64,000 nucleotides of DNA from Longimicrobiales bacterium. Lineage in GTDB: Bacteria > Gemmatimonadota > Gemmatimonadetes > Longimicrobiales > Gaopeijiaceae. Positions 1 through 10,614 of the stretch are shown here, piece by piece (positions within the stretch are counted from its first letter, which is position 1; every line of letters starts with the position of its first letter). Below the pieces are notes generated by a model. That model saw only the letters and a program-made list of their open reading frames with translations. It was not told the origin of the DNA and made no database searches. The DNA is taken from contig OZ241869.1 of NCBI GenBank assembly GCA_965202805.1, positions 1,120,001 through 1,184,000 of the forward strand, written 5' to 3'. The position numbers and the translations under genes are program-made.

Positions 1-474
1 CGACCACACCGGCGCTCCCTCCACGCCCTCGATGTGGAAGGCCTCGCCACCCGGCCCGTCCACCCGCAGGAACCAGATCGGGTTCGGGTCGTCGCCCCGG
101 CTGGAGCGGAAGGAGAGCAGGCGGCCGTCCGGCGACCATGCCGGCCCGCTCGCCTCGGAGGTCGGGTCGGAAAAGCGGATCGCGTCACCATCGGGCCTGC
201 CGCCCGAGAGGGGCTGCAGCCACACCTCGCGGTGGCGCCGGTTCTCGTCCTCGATCACGCGCGTGACGGTGAAGGCGACGTACGCTCCCGTGGGCGACAT
301 CGCCGGCTCCGACACACCCACGATGCGGTAGTAGTCGGTGGGCTGGAAGCCGCGTTCCTGCGCCATCAGCGGCGAGGCGACGGCAGCAATCAGGGCCAGG
401 CTCGCCGCCACGACTTTCGCGGAATGGACGGGTGGGGCGCTATCGTGTAGCGATGCATGGGGCAGGCCGAACAT
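1..474 (-). CDS. S9 family (prolyl oligopeptidase/acylaminoacyl peptidase-like) secreted peptidase, N-terminal part; runs off window start
   Basis: Manual translation (not in ORF track): MFGLPH...VVAASLALIAAVASPLMAQERGFQPTDYYRIVGVSEPAMSPTGAYVAFTV...PAWSPDGRLLSF; signal peptide plus PD40-type propeller repeats; AGGAGG RBS at 481-486. Catalytic domain lies outside the window. Confidence 0.7.
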   Translation of the reverse strand, partial: MFGLPHASLHDSAPPVHSAKVVAASLALIAAVASPLMAQERGFQPTDYYRIVGVSEPAMSPTGAYVAFTVTRVIEDENRRHREVWLQPLSGGRPDGDAIRFSDPTSEASGPAWSPDGRLLSFRSSRGDDPNPIWFLRVDGPGGEAFHIEGVEGAPVWS

Positions 475-671
475 CCCGGACCTCCTGCGCTCAACGAAAC
501 AACCGGCGATCTCACTCAATATAGGAAGAGGGCCGGGGTCGCGGTAACGCGGGGCCGGGCGCCGCGGTTACCGGGCGCCGCATGAGCGGAAATGTCGGCT
601 GTGGCAATAGTTCGGCTGACGGACCCGGATACGGCGTGTTCGACGGACAAGTTCGCAAAAGGGGGCAGGTG

Positions 672-2477
672 ATGGCTGGAAGGAGAATGCGTCCCGGGAT
701 CGTGCGAACTTCGGAACAGGCGACCCGCTGCCGGACCGCCGGCACGTTGCTCGCACTGGCCGGCTCGCTGGCCCTGGCCTGCGCGGCCACCGCCTCCCCG
801 GCCACCGCGCAGATCGTGCGCGGGCGGGTGCTCGAGGAGGGCGTCGGCACCCCCTTGCCCGGGGCGATGATCGTGCTCATCGACGGCGAAGGCACCCAGG
901 TCGGACGCATCCTCACCGACGACCTGGGCAGGTTCACGCTGCGCGCGCCGCAGGCAGGAGCCTACACCCTGCGCGCTGACCGCATCGGTTATGCCAGCAT
1001 CACCTCCCCTCCGCTCGAGCTGGCCCCCGGGGCCGCGGCCTTCCACGACATGGTGGTCCCGGTGCAGGCGATCGCGCTCGACAACATCACCGTGGAGGGC
1101 GAGCGCCGGTGCGTGCTGCGCCCGGAAGGCGGGCTCGACGTGGCGCGGGTGTGGGAAGAGGCGCGCAAGGCACTCGCGGCCGCAGCCTTCACCGACGAGA
1201 CGTCCGTCTATCGCTACGTCACCATGAAGTACGAGCGGGACCTCGACACCGACGCCCGCACCGTGACGAACGAGCAGCGCAACTTCAGCGACCTCATGCA
1301 GCGCCAGACCTTCGTGTCGCGGCCCGTCGAGGAGCTCATGGCGGACGGCTTCGTGCAGGAGGAGGAGGACGGCACCTACTATTACGCCCCGGACGCCAAC
1401 GTGATGCTCTCGGACGCCTTCCTCGACACCCACTGCCTGCGCGTGCGTGACGGCGAGGACGAGACGGCAGGCCTCATCGGGCTCGCCTTCGAGCCCGTGG
1501 AGGGGCGCCGCGGGCATATCGACATCCGGGGCGTCATGTGGCTGGAGCCGGAGTCCTCGGAACTTCAGTGGCTGGAATACAATTACGCGGATCTGGACGC
1601 CGACCTCCGTTCGCGGCATGTGGGAGGCAAGGTGATGTTCGCGGGACTCCCCAACGGGACCTGGGTGGTGCGCGAGTGGTACATCCGCATGCCCCGCCCC
1701 GGCATGCGGCCCAATCCCTTCACCAACATCCCGGAACGCTTCCTGGCGGGGATCCGCGAGACCGGCGCCGTGGTCATGCGCATCCTGACCCCGCTGGGAG
1801 AGACCCTGGTCGAGGCCGAGACGGGGACGATCGAAGGCACGGTGCTGGATTCGCTGCACACCCGCCCGCTGGAGGGTGCGCGCGTCTTCGCCGATGGCAC
1901 CGATCACGCCGCCGTCACCGGGCCCGAGGGCAACTACCGGCTGACGGGCCTGACCGAAGGGGTGTACCGCATCGCCTACCATCACCCGGTGCTTGAGGAG
2001 GTGGGCTTCGCGCCCGAGCCGGTCGAGGTGGAGGTGCGCCGCGGTGAAGTCTCCGCGCTGCGGCTGCTCACCCCGTCCCGCCGGGAGGTGCTGCGCGACG
2101 CCTGCGCGGCAGCGGGACCGGCGGAGCGCACCGGCGTGCTCGCCGGCCGGGTGGTGGACGGCGCCTCGGGAGTCCCCGTGGACGGGGCGCTCGTCACCGC
2201 CACCTGGACCGGCTGGGACATCGGCACCATCGCGCCGGGCAGCAACCCGCGCGGCGGAGGCGACGCCACCGCCGGCCTCGTGCGGCTCGAGCAGAGGGAC
2301 GGCCAGTACGAGGCAATCACCGGCACGGACGGGCGCTTCCTCTTCTGCCGCGTCCCCGCGGGACCCAGCGTGGTCGTGGAAGCCGGGACGACGAATGGTG
2401 CGGCCGAACCCGAGACCCTCGTCCTGGAGGAGGCGGGCCAGGCCGAGTTCATGACCGTGTACATCAGGAACCAGTAG
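672..2477 (+). CDS. Secreted protein with multiple carboxypeptidase regulatory-like (CarboxypepD_reg) domains
   Basis: Signal peptide (ALACAATASPATAQ); three repeats of GRV.D...P..GA.V...T...G.F/Y.L; start uncertain (672 or 687). Confidence 0.7.
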   Translation: MAGRRMRPGIVRTSEQATRCRTAGTLLALAGSLALACAATASPATAQIVRGRVLEEGVGTPLPGAMIVLIDGEGTQVGRILTDDLGRFTLRAPQAGAYTLRADRIGYASITSPPLELAPGAAAFHDMVVPVQAIALDNITVEGERRCVLRPEGGLDVARVWEEARKALAAAAFTDETSVYRYVTMKYERDLDTDARTVTNEQRNFSDLMQRQTFVSRPVEELMADGFVQEEEDGTYYYAPDANVMLSDAFLDTHCLRVRDGEDETAGLIGLAFEPVEGRRGHIDIRGVMWLEPESSELQWLEYNYADLDADLRSRHVGGKVMFAGLPNGTWVVREWYIRMPRPGMRPNPFTNIPERFLAGIRETGAVVMRILTPLGETLVEAETGTIEGTVLDSLHTRPLEGARVFADGTDHAAVTGPEGNYRLTGLTEGVYRIAYHHPVLEEVGFAPEPVEVEVRRGEVSALRLLTPSRREVLRDACAAAGPAERTGVLAGRVVDGASGVPVDGALVTATWTGWDIGTIAPGSNPRGGGDATAGLVRLEQRDGQYEAITGTDGRFLFCRVPAGPSVVVEAGTTNGAAEPETLVLEEAGQAEFMTVYIRNQ

Positions 2478-2550
2478 TCCGTGGATGAATCCGCGCGCCC
2501 ACCCGAGAGCAGTGAGGCGCCGGGCCGGCAAGGCGTTTTGGACGCCGGAG

Positions 2551-2559
2551 TGGTATCAT
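2551..2559 (+). promoter_or_regulatory. Putative extended -10 promoter (TGnTATCAT) for the TonB receptor
   Basis: tggtatcat about 75 nt upstream of ATG 2634; no clear -35. Confidence 0.3.
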
Positions 2560-2633
2560 TACCGGCGACCTGCAAGCGGCGCATCGACGGCAGGATTGCG
2601 CGCACCGCGACTCCCCCAACCGACCGCCCGACC

Positions 2634-4799
2634 ATGCCCCTTCTTCTGCACTCCGTCCATGCCCGGCCCGGCGCCCGGAGCGCGCCTGGCTCTGCTCCCC
2701 GACGGATCCCGGCCCGTGGAATCGTGCTCGCAGGCTTCGCCCTGACGCTCGCCCTTACCAGCGTCCCCGCGCGACTCGCGGCCCAGGAACCCGACTCGTC
2801 CGCCGTGATTCCGCTCGACGAGATCGAGGTGACGGTGCTGCGCACGCCCATCCTGCTCGGGGAGGTTCCCTTCGCCGTGTCGGTCCTCGGCGAGTCGGCG
2901 CTCACGCGGGGCAAGGCCGGGCTCTCCATCGAGGAGGCGCTGCAGGGCCTGCCCGGCGTACAGGTGCAGAACCGCTACAACTCGGCGGTGGGCGAGCGCA
3001 TCTCCATCCGGGGCTTCGGCGCCCGCGCCCAGTTCGGCGTGCGCGGGGTGACGGTGCTGGTGGACGGCATTCCCGCCACCCTTCCCGACGGGCAGTCGAC
3101 CCTCGACCACCTCGACCTGGGCACCCTTGGCCGGGTGGAGGCGTTGCGTGGTCCCGGCTCTTCCGCCTACGGCAACGGGGCGGGAGGAGTGCTGCGCTTC
3201 GAGACCCGGCGGGCCGCCGACCAGCCCTTCCGCCCGGAGCTTTCATACGTGAGCGGCAGCAACGGCATGGAGCGGATGCAGGCCACCGCCAGCGGAGTCT
3301 CGGGCGAGCAGGAGTACCTCCTCAGCGCCTCACGCTTCAAGTACGAGGGCTTCCGCCGGAACCCGGTCGCGGACGACGGTTCCGTTTTCGGAGAAGCGCG
3401 CAAGCTGCACCTGAACGGGCAGCTGCGCTCGCCGCTGGCGGATGGCGAGCTCGTGGTGACCGCGAACCTGGCCAACCTGGACGGCGACAATCCCGGCTCC
3501 ATCAACGATTCGCTGCTGGCCGTGGGCGACCGCCGGGCACACCGGGGCAACATCTTCCAGGGGACCAACAAGCAGGTCACCCAGGGGCAGCTCGGCGTGC
3601 GCTGGACCGGCGCCGCGGCAGCCGGGGAGGCGGACCTCTCCGCGTGGGGGCTCTTCCGCAACCTGGACAACCCCATTCCCCCAGCCGTCATCGACCTGAA
3701 GCGCAACGCGGCCGGAGTGCGCGGCGCACTCCGCGGACAGGCTGGGGAATCGGAGCAGTTCTCCTGGAACTTCGGCGGGGAGTACGCCCTGCAGCGCGAC
3801 GATCGCCAGAACCACGGCAATGACGGCGGCGAGCGCGCGGACCTCAGGCTCGACCAGCTTGAGAACGTCCGCACCCTGGCGTTCTTCGGCCAGGGCGACC
3901 TGCGGGTAAGCGAGCGCGCCCGGCTGGTGGGCGGGGTGCGCTACGACCGGCTGGACTTCTCCGTGGAGGACGCGTTCCTCTCCAACGGCGACGACTCGGG
4001 AGACCGTCTCATGGACGCGATCAGCCCGTCCGTCGGGCTGCACGTCGCGGCAACCCGATCCGTGGGCCTCTTCGTGAACGTCGGCACCTCCTTCGAGAGC
4101 CCCACCACCACCGAGCTGGCCAACGACCCCAGCGGGCGGGGCGGCTTCAACCCCGAACTTGACCCACAGCGGAGCCTGAGCCTGGAAGTCGGCACGCGCG
4201 GCGTCTCGAACAACACCTTCGCCTACGAGCTCAGCGTCTTCCGCACCGGCATCACCGACGCGCTGGTGCCCATCGAAGTACCCGACATCGACCGCACCTT
4301 CTACGCCAACGCCGGCTCCGCCAGCCACCGGGGCTTCGAGGCCGCGTTCACGCTGGCTCCGGGGGGGAGAGCCTCCCTGCGCGCGACCTACAGCTACACC
4401 GACGCCGTCTTTGACGACTATGTCGTGGACGGAACCGACTACGGCGGCAACCAGATCCCCGGCCTCGCCCCCCACAGGGCCGAAGCCATCGCCTCGTTGC
4501 GGGTTCCCGGCGGGTTCTGGTCCGGAAACTGGGAGCTGCGCGCGGCCCACGTGTCGGCTCTTCCGGTCAACGACCGCAACACCGCCGAGACCGACGCCTA
4601 CCAGCTTCTGGATGCTCGCTACGAGTCCGACCCCCAGTCGGCCTTCGGGGCTCTGGACGTCGCCGTGGTCATGGGCGTAACCAACATCTTCGACACGCTC
4701 TACACGGCGTCGGTGGTGGTGAACGCCTTCGGGGGCCGCTTTCATGAGCCCGGCCCCGGCCGGAGCTTCTACTTCGGCACCCGCTGGGGCGTGCCTTGA
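2634..4799 (+). CDS. TonB-dependent receptor, YncD/PqqU-like
   Basis: Plug motif ISIRGFGARAQFGVRGVTVLVDGIPATLPDGQ...VEALRGPGSSAYGNGAGGV; barrel motif FESPTTTEL; C-terminal SVVVNAFGGRFHEPGPGRSFYFG. Confidence 0.9.
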   Translation: MPLLLHSVHARPGARSAPGSAPRRIPARGIVLAGFALTLALTSVPARLAAQEPDSSAVIPLDEIEVTVLRTPILLGEVPFAVSVLGESALTRGKAGLSIEEALQGLPGVQVQNRYNSAVGERISIRGFGARAQFGVRGVTVLVDGIPATLPDGQSTLDHLDLGTLGRVEALRGPGSSAYGNGAGGVLRFETRRAADQPFRPELSYVSGSNGMERMQATASGVSGEQEYLLSASRFKYEGFRRNPVADDGSVFGEARKLHLNGQLRSPLADGELVVTANLANLDGDNPGSINDSLLAVGDRRAHRGNIFQGTNKQVTQGQLGVRWTGAAAAGEADLSAWGLFRNLDNPIPPAVIDLKRNAAGVRGALRGQAGESEQFSWNFGGEYALQRDDRQNHGNDGGERADLRLDQLENVRTLAFFGQGDLRVSERARLVGGVRYDRLDFSVEDAFLSNGDDSGDRLMDAISPSVGLHVAATRSVGLFVNVGTSFESPTTTELANDPSGRGGFNPELDPQRSLSLEVGTRGVSNNTFAYELSVFRTGITDALVPIEVPDIDRTFYANAGSASHRGFEAAFTLAPGGRASLRATYSYTDAVFDDYVVDGTDYGGNQIPGLAPHRAEAIASLRVPGGFWSGNWELRAAHVSALPVNDRNTAETDAYQLLDARYESDPQSAFGALDVAVVMGVTNIFDTLYTASVVVNAFGGRFHEPGPGRSFYFGTRWGVP

Positions 4800-5365
4800 A
4801 CCGACTCCTGGCCGGGTTGGGGCTCCTCACCAGCCTCTGCCTCGGCTCCGGTGACTCGCTGCACGCCCTGTCCCCGGTGCCGGTGGCCGACGCGGCGGCC
4901 ATGCCCTCGGCGCCCGCGGCCCGGGCAGCACCCGTCCCCGGCGACGATCCCCCGGTGTACCGCTACGGGCTCACCCTCGGAGGCACCGCCTTCATCTCCC
5001 TGGTCTTCGAATACGAGTCCGGCAATCGCGCGGTGGAATTCGCGCTCGGGACCTTCTCGGGACGGGACCTGTCGCTGGCCGTCACCGGCAAGCAATACCT
5101 CGGCGGCGACCTGCGCGCCTTCGCCGGCGCAGGGTTCTGGGGCGTCGCCGCCTTCCCCGCCGATCAGCGCGCCGGGTTCGCCCTGATCGCGCGGGCGCCG
5201 ATCGGGGTGGACTGGCACGCGCTCGAGCGACACGCCGCCGGATTCGAACTCAACCTCAACCGGGCGCTTGCCATGCGCCGCCCCGACCCGCTGGACGAAC
5301 GCCCGCCGCGCACCCGCATCGTCCCGCTGCCGGCCTTCTACTACCGCTTCGCGGATCCCCGCTGA
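4796..5365 (+). CDS. Hypothetical secreted protein, possibly small outer-membrane beta-barrel
   Basis: TTGA overlap with the receptor stop; signal peptide; alternating amphipathic strands; aromatic-rich C-terminus FYYRF. Confidence 0.55.
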   Translation: MNRLLAGLGLLTSLCLGSGDSLHALSPVPVADAAAMPSAPAARAAPVPGDDPPVYRYGLTLGGTAFISLVFEYESGNRAVEFALGTFSGRDLSLAVTGKQYLGGDLRAFAGAGFWGVAAFPADQRAGFALIARAPIGVDWHALERHAAGFELNLNRALAMRRPDPLDERPPRTRIVPLPAFYYRFADPR

Positions 5366-5462
5366 GGACGACCACGCTTCCGCAGTTTCCGCCGGCGAAG
5401 CTCATACCCGGTCCCCGCCACCGACCTCCCGCGGACCTGGGGCCCGTCACTCAATCCGGCCC

Positions 5463-6653
5463 TCACTCCACCGGCGTCATCCCCACGTACTTGAGCCCGC
5501 TTCCGGTGTTGAAGAGCACCGTCTCGTCGTCGTCGGAGAGCAGTCCCATCTCCTTCAGCTCCGGAACGGCCGCCAGCACTGCTCCTCCCTCGGGGCACGC
5601 GAAGATGCCGGTGCACTCGCCCATCGCGCGCACCGCCTCGGCCATCGCCGCGTCCTCGATCGCGACCGCGCCGCCCTCCGACTCCCTGATCGCGCGCAGC
5701 ATCAGGAAGTCCCCCACCGCCGCCGGGACCCGGAGCCCCGCCGCGTAGGTCTCGGCGTCCTGCCAGTACTGCGCCGCCTCGGTACCCTCCTGCCAGGCCC
5801 GCACCACCGGCGCGCATCCGGTCGGCTGAACCGAAAACATCTTCGGGCGCTCGCTCCCGATCCAGCCCATCCGCTCCATCTCGTCGAACGCCTTCCACAT
5901 GCCGATGAGGCCGGTGCCGCCGCCGGTCGGGTAGATCACGGCGTCGGGGAGCCGGAACCCTAGCTGCTCGAAGAGCTCGTACCCCATCGTCTTCTTGCCC
6001 TCCACGCGGTACGGCTCCTTGAGCGTGGAGAGATCCCACCAGCCCATGTAGTCTGCCCCCTCGCGCACGACCTTGCCGCAGTCGGTGATGAGGCCGTCCA
6101 TCAGCACCAGGTCGGCGCCCAGTCCCTGAATCTCCTCCACGATGGTGGCCGGGGTGTCGTTGGGCGCGACGATGTGAACCGGCAGCCCGCCTGCAGCTCC
6201 GTACGCGGCGGCGGCGCTGCCGGCGTTACCCGCCGTGGGAATCGCCAGCTCCTTCGCCCCCAACTCCTTCGCGCGCGATACGGCTAGGCACAACCCGCGG
6301 TCCTTGAAGCTGCCCGTGGGGTTCATGCCTTCGTTCTTCACCCAGAGGCGCCGCATGCCGTAGCGCTTCGCGAGCCGCGGCGCGTCGGTGAGCGGCGTCC
6401 AGCCCTCTCCGAGGGACAGCTGGCATTCGGGAACCCGTACCGGCAGCACCTCCTCGTAACGCCAGAGATCCGGCCGCCGTCCCTCCAGGTCGCGCGGGCG
6501 GAAGTGGCGCCGGATGGTGTCCAGGTCGTAGCGCGCGAAGAGCGGCCTTCCCGCCGGCGAGAGGCCCATCAGCTGTTCGCTGTCGAAGACCTCGCCGGTC
6601 CAGGTGCACTCCAGATGGCTGGCGCCGCGCGCCTTCCACGGAATCGCGTTCAT
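5463..6653 (-). CDS. thrC: Threonine synthase (PLP, fold type II)
   Basis: SLGEGWTPL, KNEGMNPTGSFKDRG (PLP lysine), PTAGNAG, PYRVEGKKTMG, YPTGGG, FNTGSGLKY. Confidence 0.85.
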   Translation of the reverse strand: MNAIPWKARGASHLECTWTGEVFDSEQLMGLSPAGRPLFARYDLDTIRRHFRPRDLEGRRPDLWRYEEVLPVRVPECQLSLGEGWTPLTDAPRLAKRYGMRRLWVKNEGMNPTGSFKDRGLCLAVSRAKELGAKELAIPTAGNAGSAAAAYGAAGGLPVHIVAPNDTPATIVEEIQGLGADLVLMDGLITDCGKVVREGADYMGWWDLSTLKEPYRVEGKKTMGYELFEQLGFRLPDAVIYPTGGGTGLIGMWKAFDEMERMGWIGSERPKMFSVQPTGCAPVVRAWQEGTEAAQYWQDAETYAAGLRVPAAVGDFLMLRAIRESEGGAVAIEDAAMAEAVRAMGECTGIFACPEGGAVLAAVPELKEMGLLSDDDETVLFNTGSGLKYVGMTPVE

Positions 6654-6943
6654 ACAGTCGCCTTCCAGGGCTAGAGGTGGATGCGCCGCCCTCGGTCTGC
6701 CGGGGCGCGGGCCGGGCCGACCGGGTCCGGAAGCAGGTGCCCCGCCTCCGGATGTTCCGAAAAATCGGCGGGTCCCTTACGCTTGATGAAGATGCGGCGC
6801 AAGGTTACAGGCAACCAACTGACGCCGCAACACATCCAACAGACGTAGTTCGGGACGCCGGAACCGGTCTGGATACAACCCGAATGGGTCGAGCACAGAG
6901 GATATTCGCGCTTCGCAACGAGCGGGTACCGACGGATGAAGGG

Positions 6944-7504
6944 ATGAACGAATCCCGGATGATCCGCAGGGCGAGCGAAGGTGACGCTCGGGCGATACGG
7001 TCGCTGTACGACCGCTACAGCCCCCGCGTGTACGCCGTGGTGCGCAGAATCGCCGGGGACGATCACACTGCCCAGGACTATGCCCAGGAGACCTGGGTGC
7101 GCGTCATCCGGGCGCTTCCGACGTTCCGCGGCGACTCGAAGTTCTCCACCTGGCTGCATCGCATCGCGGTCAACGCGGCGCTGCAGGCGAGGCGCAGGGA
7201 GAGCACCCGGCAGGACCGGGAGGTGTCGATCCCCGATACCGTCCCGGTCAAGTCATCGCCAGGCGATCCTCTGCTGGCGCAGCGGCTGGAGGCAGCGCTG
7301 GACCGCCTGCCGGAACGCATGCGGTGCGTGCTGATCCTCCACGACGTGGAGGGCTACACGCATAAGGACATCGGTGAGATGATGGGCGTGACTGCGGGCA
7401 CATCCAAGTCACAGCTCTTCAAGGCGCGGGCGAAAATGAGACAATGGCTGGGGTCGGTTCACGAACCCCGACACGAACAGGAGCGGGAAGCATGGAGCAT
7501 CTGA
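6944..7504 (+). CDS. ECF RNA polymerase sigma factor
   Basis: Region 2 AQDYAQETW...FRGDSKFSTWLHRIAVN; region 4 LILHDVEGYTHKDIGEMMGVTAGTSKSQLFKAR; alternative start 6884. Confidence 0.92.
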   Translation: MNESRMIRRASEGDARAIRSLYDRYSPRVYAVVRRIAGDDHTAQDYAQETWVRVIRALPTFRGDSKFSTWLHRIAVNAALQARRRESTRQDREVSIPDTVPVKSSPGDPLLAQRLEAALDRLPERMRCVLILHDVEGYTHKDIGEMMGVTAGTSKSQLFKARAKMRQWLGSVHEPRHEQEREAWSI

Positions 7505-8178
7505 GTCTGGAAGCTCTGGCTCGCCTGGTTGACGAGGCACCCTTCAGGAGCGAGAGGCAGCACCTGGCCCGCTGCCCGGATTGCTCCCGGGAGCTGGAGC
7601 TGCTGCGCGAGCAGACGGAAGCGCTGGGGTCGCTGCCGGATATGCGCCCGGCGCCCGGAGACTGGCCGGCGCTGGAGGAGCGGCTGAAACGCGAGGGGCT
7701 CCTGCGCACCAACACTCCGGCGGATACGGTAATCCGCCTGATCGACCGGCGGCGCGGCTGGATGCAGGCCGCTGCCGCATTGGTGCTCTTCCTCGCGGGA
7801 GGCCTCTCGGGAGCGGTGCTGGCGCCGATCGATTTGGGGACACCTGGCGACGGACAGGTCGTGGCGGGAGAGGCGTCTCCGGCCGGACTCCCGGTCGCGG
7901 AAGCTTCAACGGTCGAGGAGGCGGCGGAGATTCTGCACCTCGCCGAGCAGCAATACCGCGACGCCACGTTGCGCTATCGGCAACTGACACGCGGTCCCGA
8001 GGCCGAAATGCTGATGGATCCGCGCCGCCTTGCGGTCATTGACGCGATGCTCGCCGTGGGCCAGGCGGCCGTCCAGGAGGCTCCCGACGATCCGTTTCTG
8101 AACGGATTCCTGGTGAGCGCGACAGCCGAGCGGGAGGCTGCACTGAACGCACTCTTCGCGTCGGCCGATCGATACTAG
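7492..8178 (+). CDS. Zinc-binding (ZAS/zf-HC2) membrane anti-sigma factor
   Basis: HLARCPDC (HxxxCxxC), one TM helix (WMQAAAALVLFLAGGLSG), overlaps the sigma gene end. Confidence 0.8.
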   Translation: MEHLSLEALARLVDEAPFRSERQHLARCPDCSRELELLREQTEALGSLPDMRPAPGDWPALEERLKREGLLRTNTPADTVIRLIDRRRGWMQAAAALVLFLAGGLSGAVLAPIDLGTPGDGQVVAGEASPAGLPVAEASTVEEAAEILHLAEQQYRDATLRYRQLTRGPEAEMLMDPRRLAVIDAMLAVGQAAVQEAPDDPFLNGFLVSATAEREAALNALFASADRY

Positions 8179-8180
8179 CC

Positions 8181-9278
8181 ATGCTGCGTTTTCGCGCCTC
8201 CGGAGCCGCCCTCCTGATGCTGTCGCTTCTGCCCCCCGCGGGGTTGGGGGCGCAGGCCGGCGCCGTCCCGCAAGAGCGCGGCTGGATCGGCATCCAGGTC
8301 GAAGGACGTGCGCTTCCCGACGGCTCCGCGCGGGTGATGATCGTGCGCGTGGACAGGGGAAGTCCGGCCGACCGGGCAGGAGTGCGTCCGTTCGACCTCC
8401 TGATCCGCCTGGACGGGGCGGGTATCTCGCCGGAAGCCTTGCTGGAGCTGGGGGAGCGTCTCGGCCCCGGACTTCCCGTCGAGCTCACGGTGCTGCGCGG
8501 CAACCGTGAACGGACCCTGCGCCTGATCGCCGAAACGCGGCCCGATGCCATGGATCCGGCCGCGATGGAGGAGTTCACGGCCCGGGTCGACTCGGCGCGC
8601 CTGCAGATCCTGCGCATGGTGGACTCGCTCATGGCCGATACGACCTGGGCGAGAATCCGGACCGACATGGAGGCCGCCCGGAGGGCCATGGTCGAGCAGG
8701 CCGAGGCGGGCGGCGAACCGGAGGCGGCCGCGGAGGTGATGGAGCGGGTCCGTGAAATGATGGTCCGGGCCCGTGAGGCCATGCGCTCCCAGCGTTTCGG
8801 CCGTCCCCGGCCGCCGGTCGGTCCTCCCCCCGCACGTGTACGGATTACCGTCGACGAAACCGCGGCGAGCGAGCGCAGGGGCCGCGGCGGGCCGCCCGAC
8901 CGCGGTCGCGTCGTGGTCGGCAGAAGGGGGTCCGGGGAGTACAGGGGCCCTGGAGGTCCGCCCCCCGGCGTTCGCTTCCGGTCTCCCTACCTCCTGGGCA
9001 ACCGATTCGTGGCGGGAGCCGAACTGGAGGTGGTGGAGCCGGACGCTCCTGCCGGCACCGGGGGCAGAAGGCTTCAGGTCGTGCAGGTTCTGGAGGGCAG
9101 CCCCGCCGACCGCGCCGGCCTGGCTCCCTCGGACCTGATCGTGACCATCGGCGGAGAACCGGTGGGCAACCTCAGGGAGTTCCGCGTCCGTCTCGGCCGG
9201 CTGATCCTCCGGGGTCGCCCCGAAATGCAGATCGTGCGCGGCGACACGACGCTGGTAATCACCCTGCCCCGACCGTAG
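8181..9278 (+). CDS. Secreted protein with two PDZ domains
   Basis: Signal peptide; GWIGI...VDRGSPADRAGVRPFD and VLEGSPADRAGLAPSDLIVTIGG; no protease domain visible. Confidence 0.8.
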   Translation: MLRFRASGAALLMLSLLPPAGLGAQAGAVPQERGWIGIQVEGRALPDGSARVMIVRVDRGSPADRAGVRPFDLLIRLDGAGISPEALLELGERLGPGLPVELTVLRGNRERTLRLIAETRPDAMDPAAMEEFTARVDSARLQILRMVDSLMADTTWARIRTDMEAARRAMVEQAEAGGEPEAAAEVMERVREMMVRAREAMRSQRFGRPRPPVGPPPARVRITVDETAASERRGRGGPPDRGRVVVGRRGSGEYRGPGGPPPGVRFRSPYLLGNRFVAGAELEVVEPDAPAGTGGRRLQVVQVLEGSPADRAGLAPSDLIVTIGGEPVGNLREFRVRLGRLILRGRPEMQIVRGDTTLVITLPRP

Positions 9279-9287
9279 AAGAGACCT

Positions 9288-9306
9288 GCCGGAGGGCACC
9301 CCCGGC
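9288..9306. terminator. GC-rich hairpin between convergent PDZ and permease genes
   Basis: gccgg-agggcaccc-ccggc; no U-tract. Confidence 0.25.
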
Positions 9307-9374
9307 GGTGGTTCCGGTCCCGTCATTACCCCCAGGCCCGGAATCGACCGCCGGCTTGTGTCGGACCGGCTCGC

Positions 9375-10595
<1,221 letters not shown>

Positions 10596-10614
10596 TTCGG
10601 CTCTCCAGACTCCG

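Noticed and set aside
542..573. Inverted repeat cggtaac-gcgg...ccgc-g-gttaccg between divergent genes
   Set aside because: Single copy in the window, no U-tract or known motif; no function can be assigned.
6825..6885. ECF-type autoregulatory promoter candidates (GCAACC/GGAACC) here and near 15290-15310, 15910-15940 and 37541-37570
   Set aside because: Spacing and -10 elements are inconsistent; not supportable without alignment.
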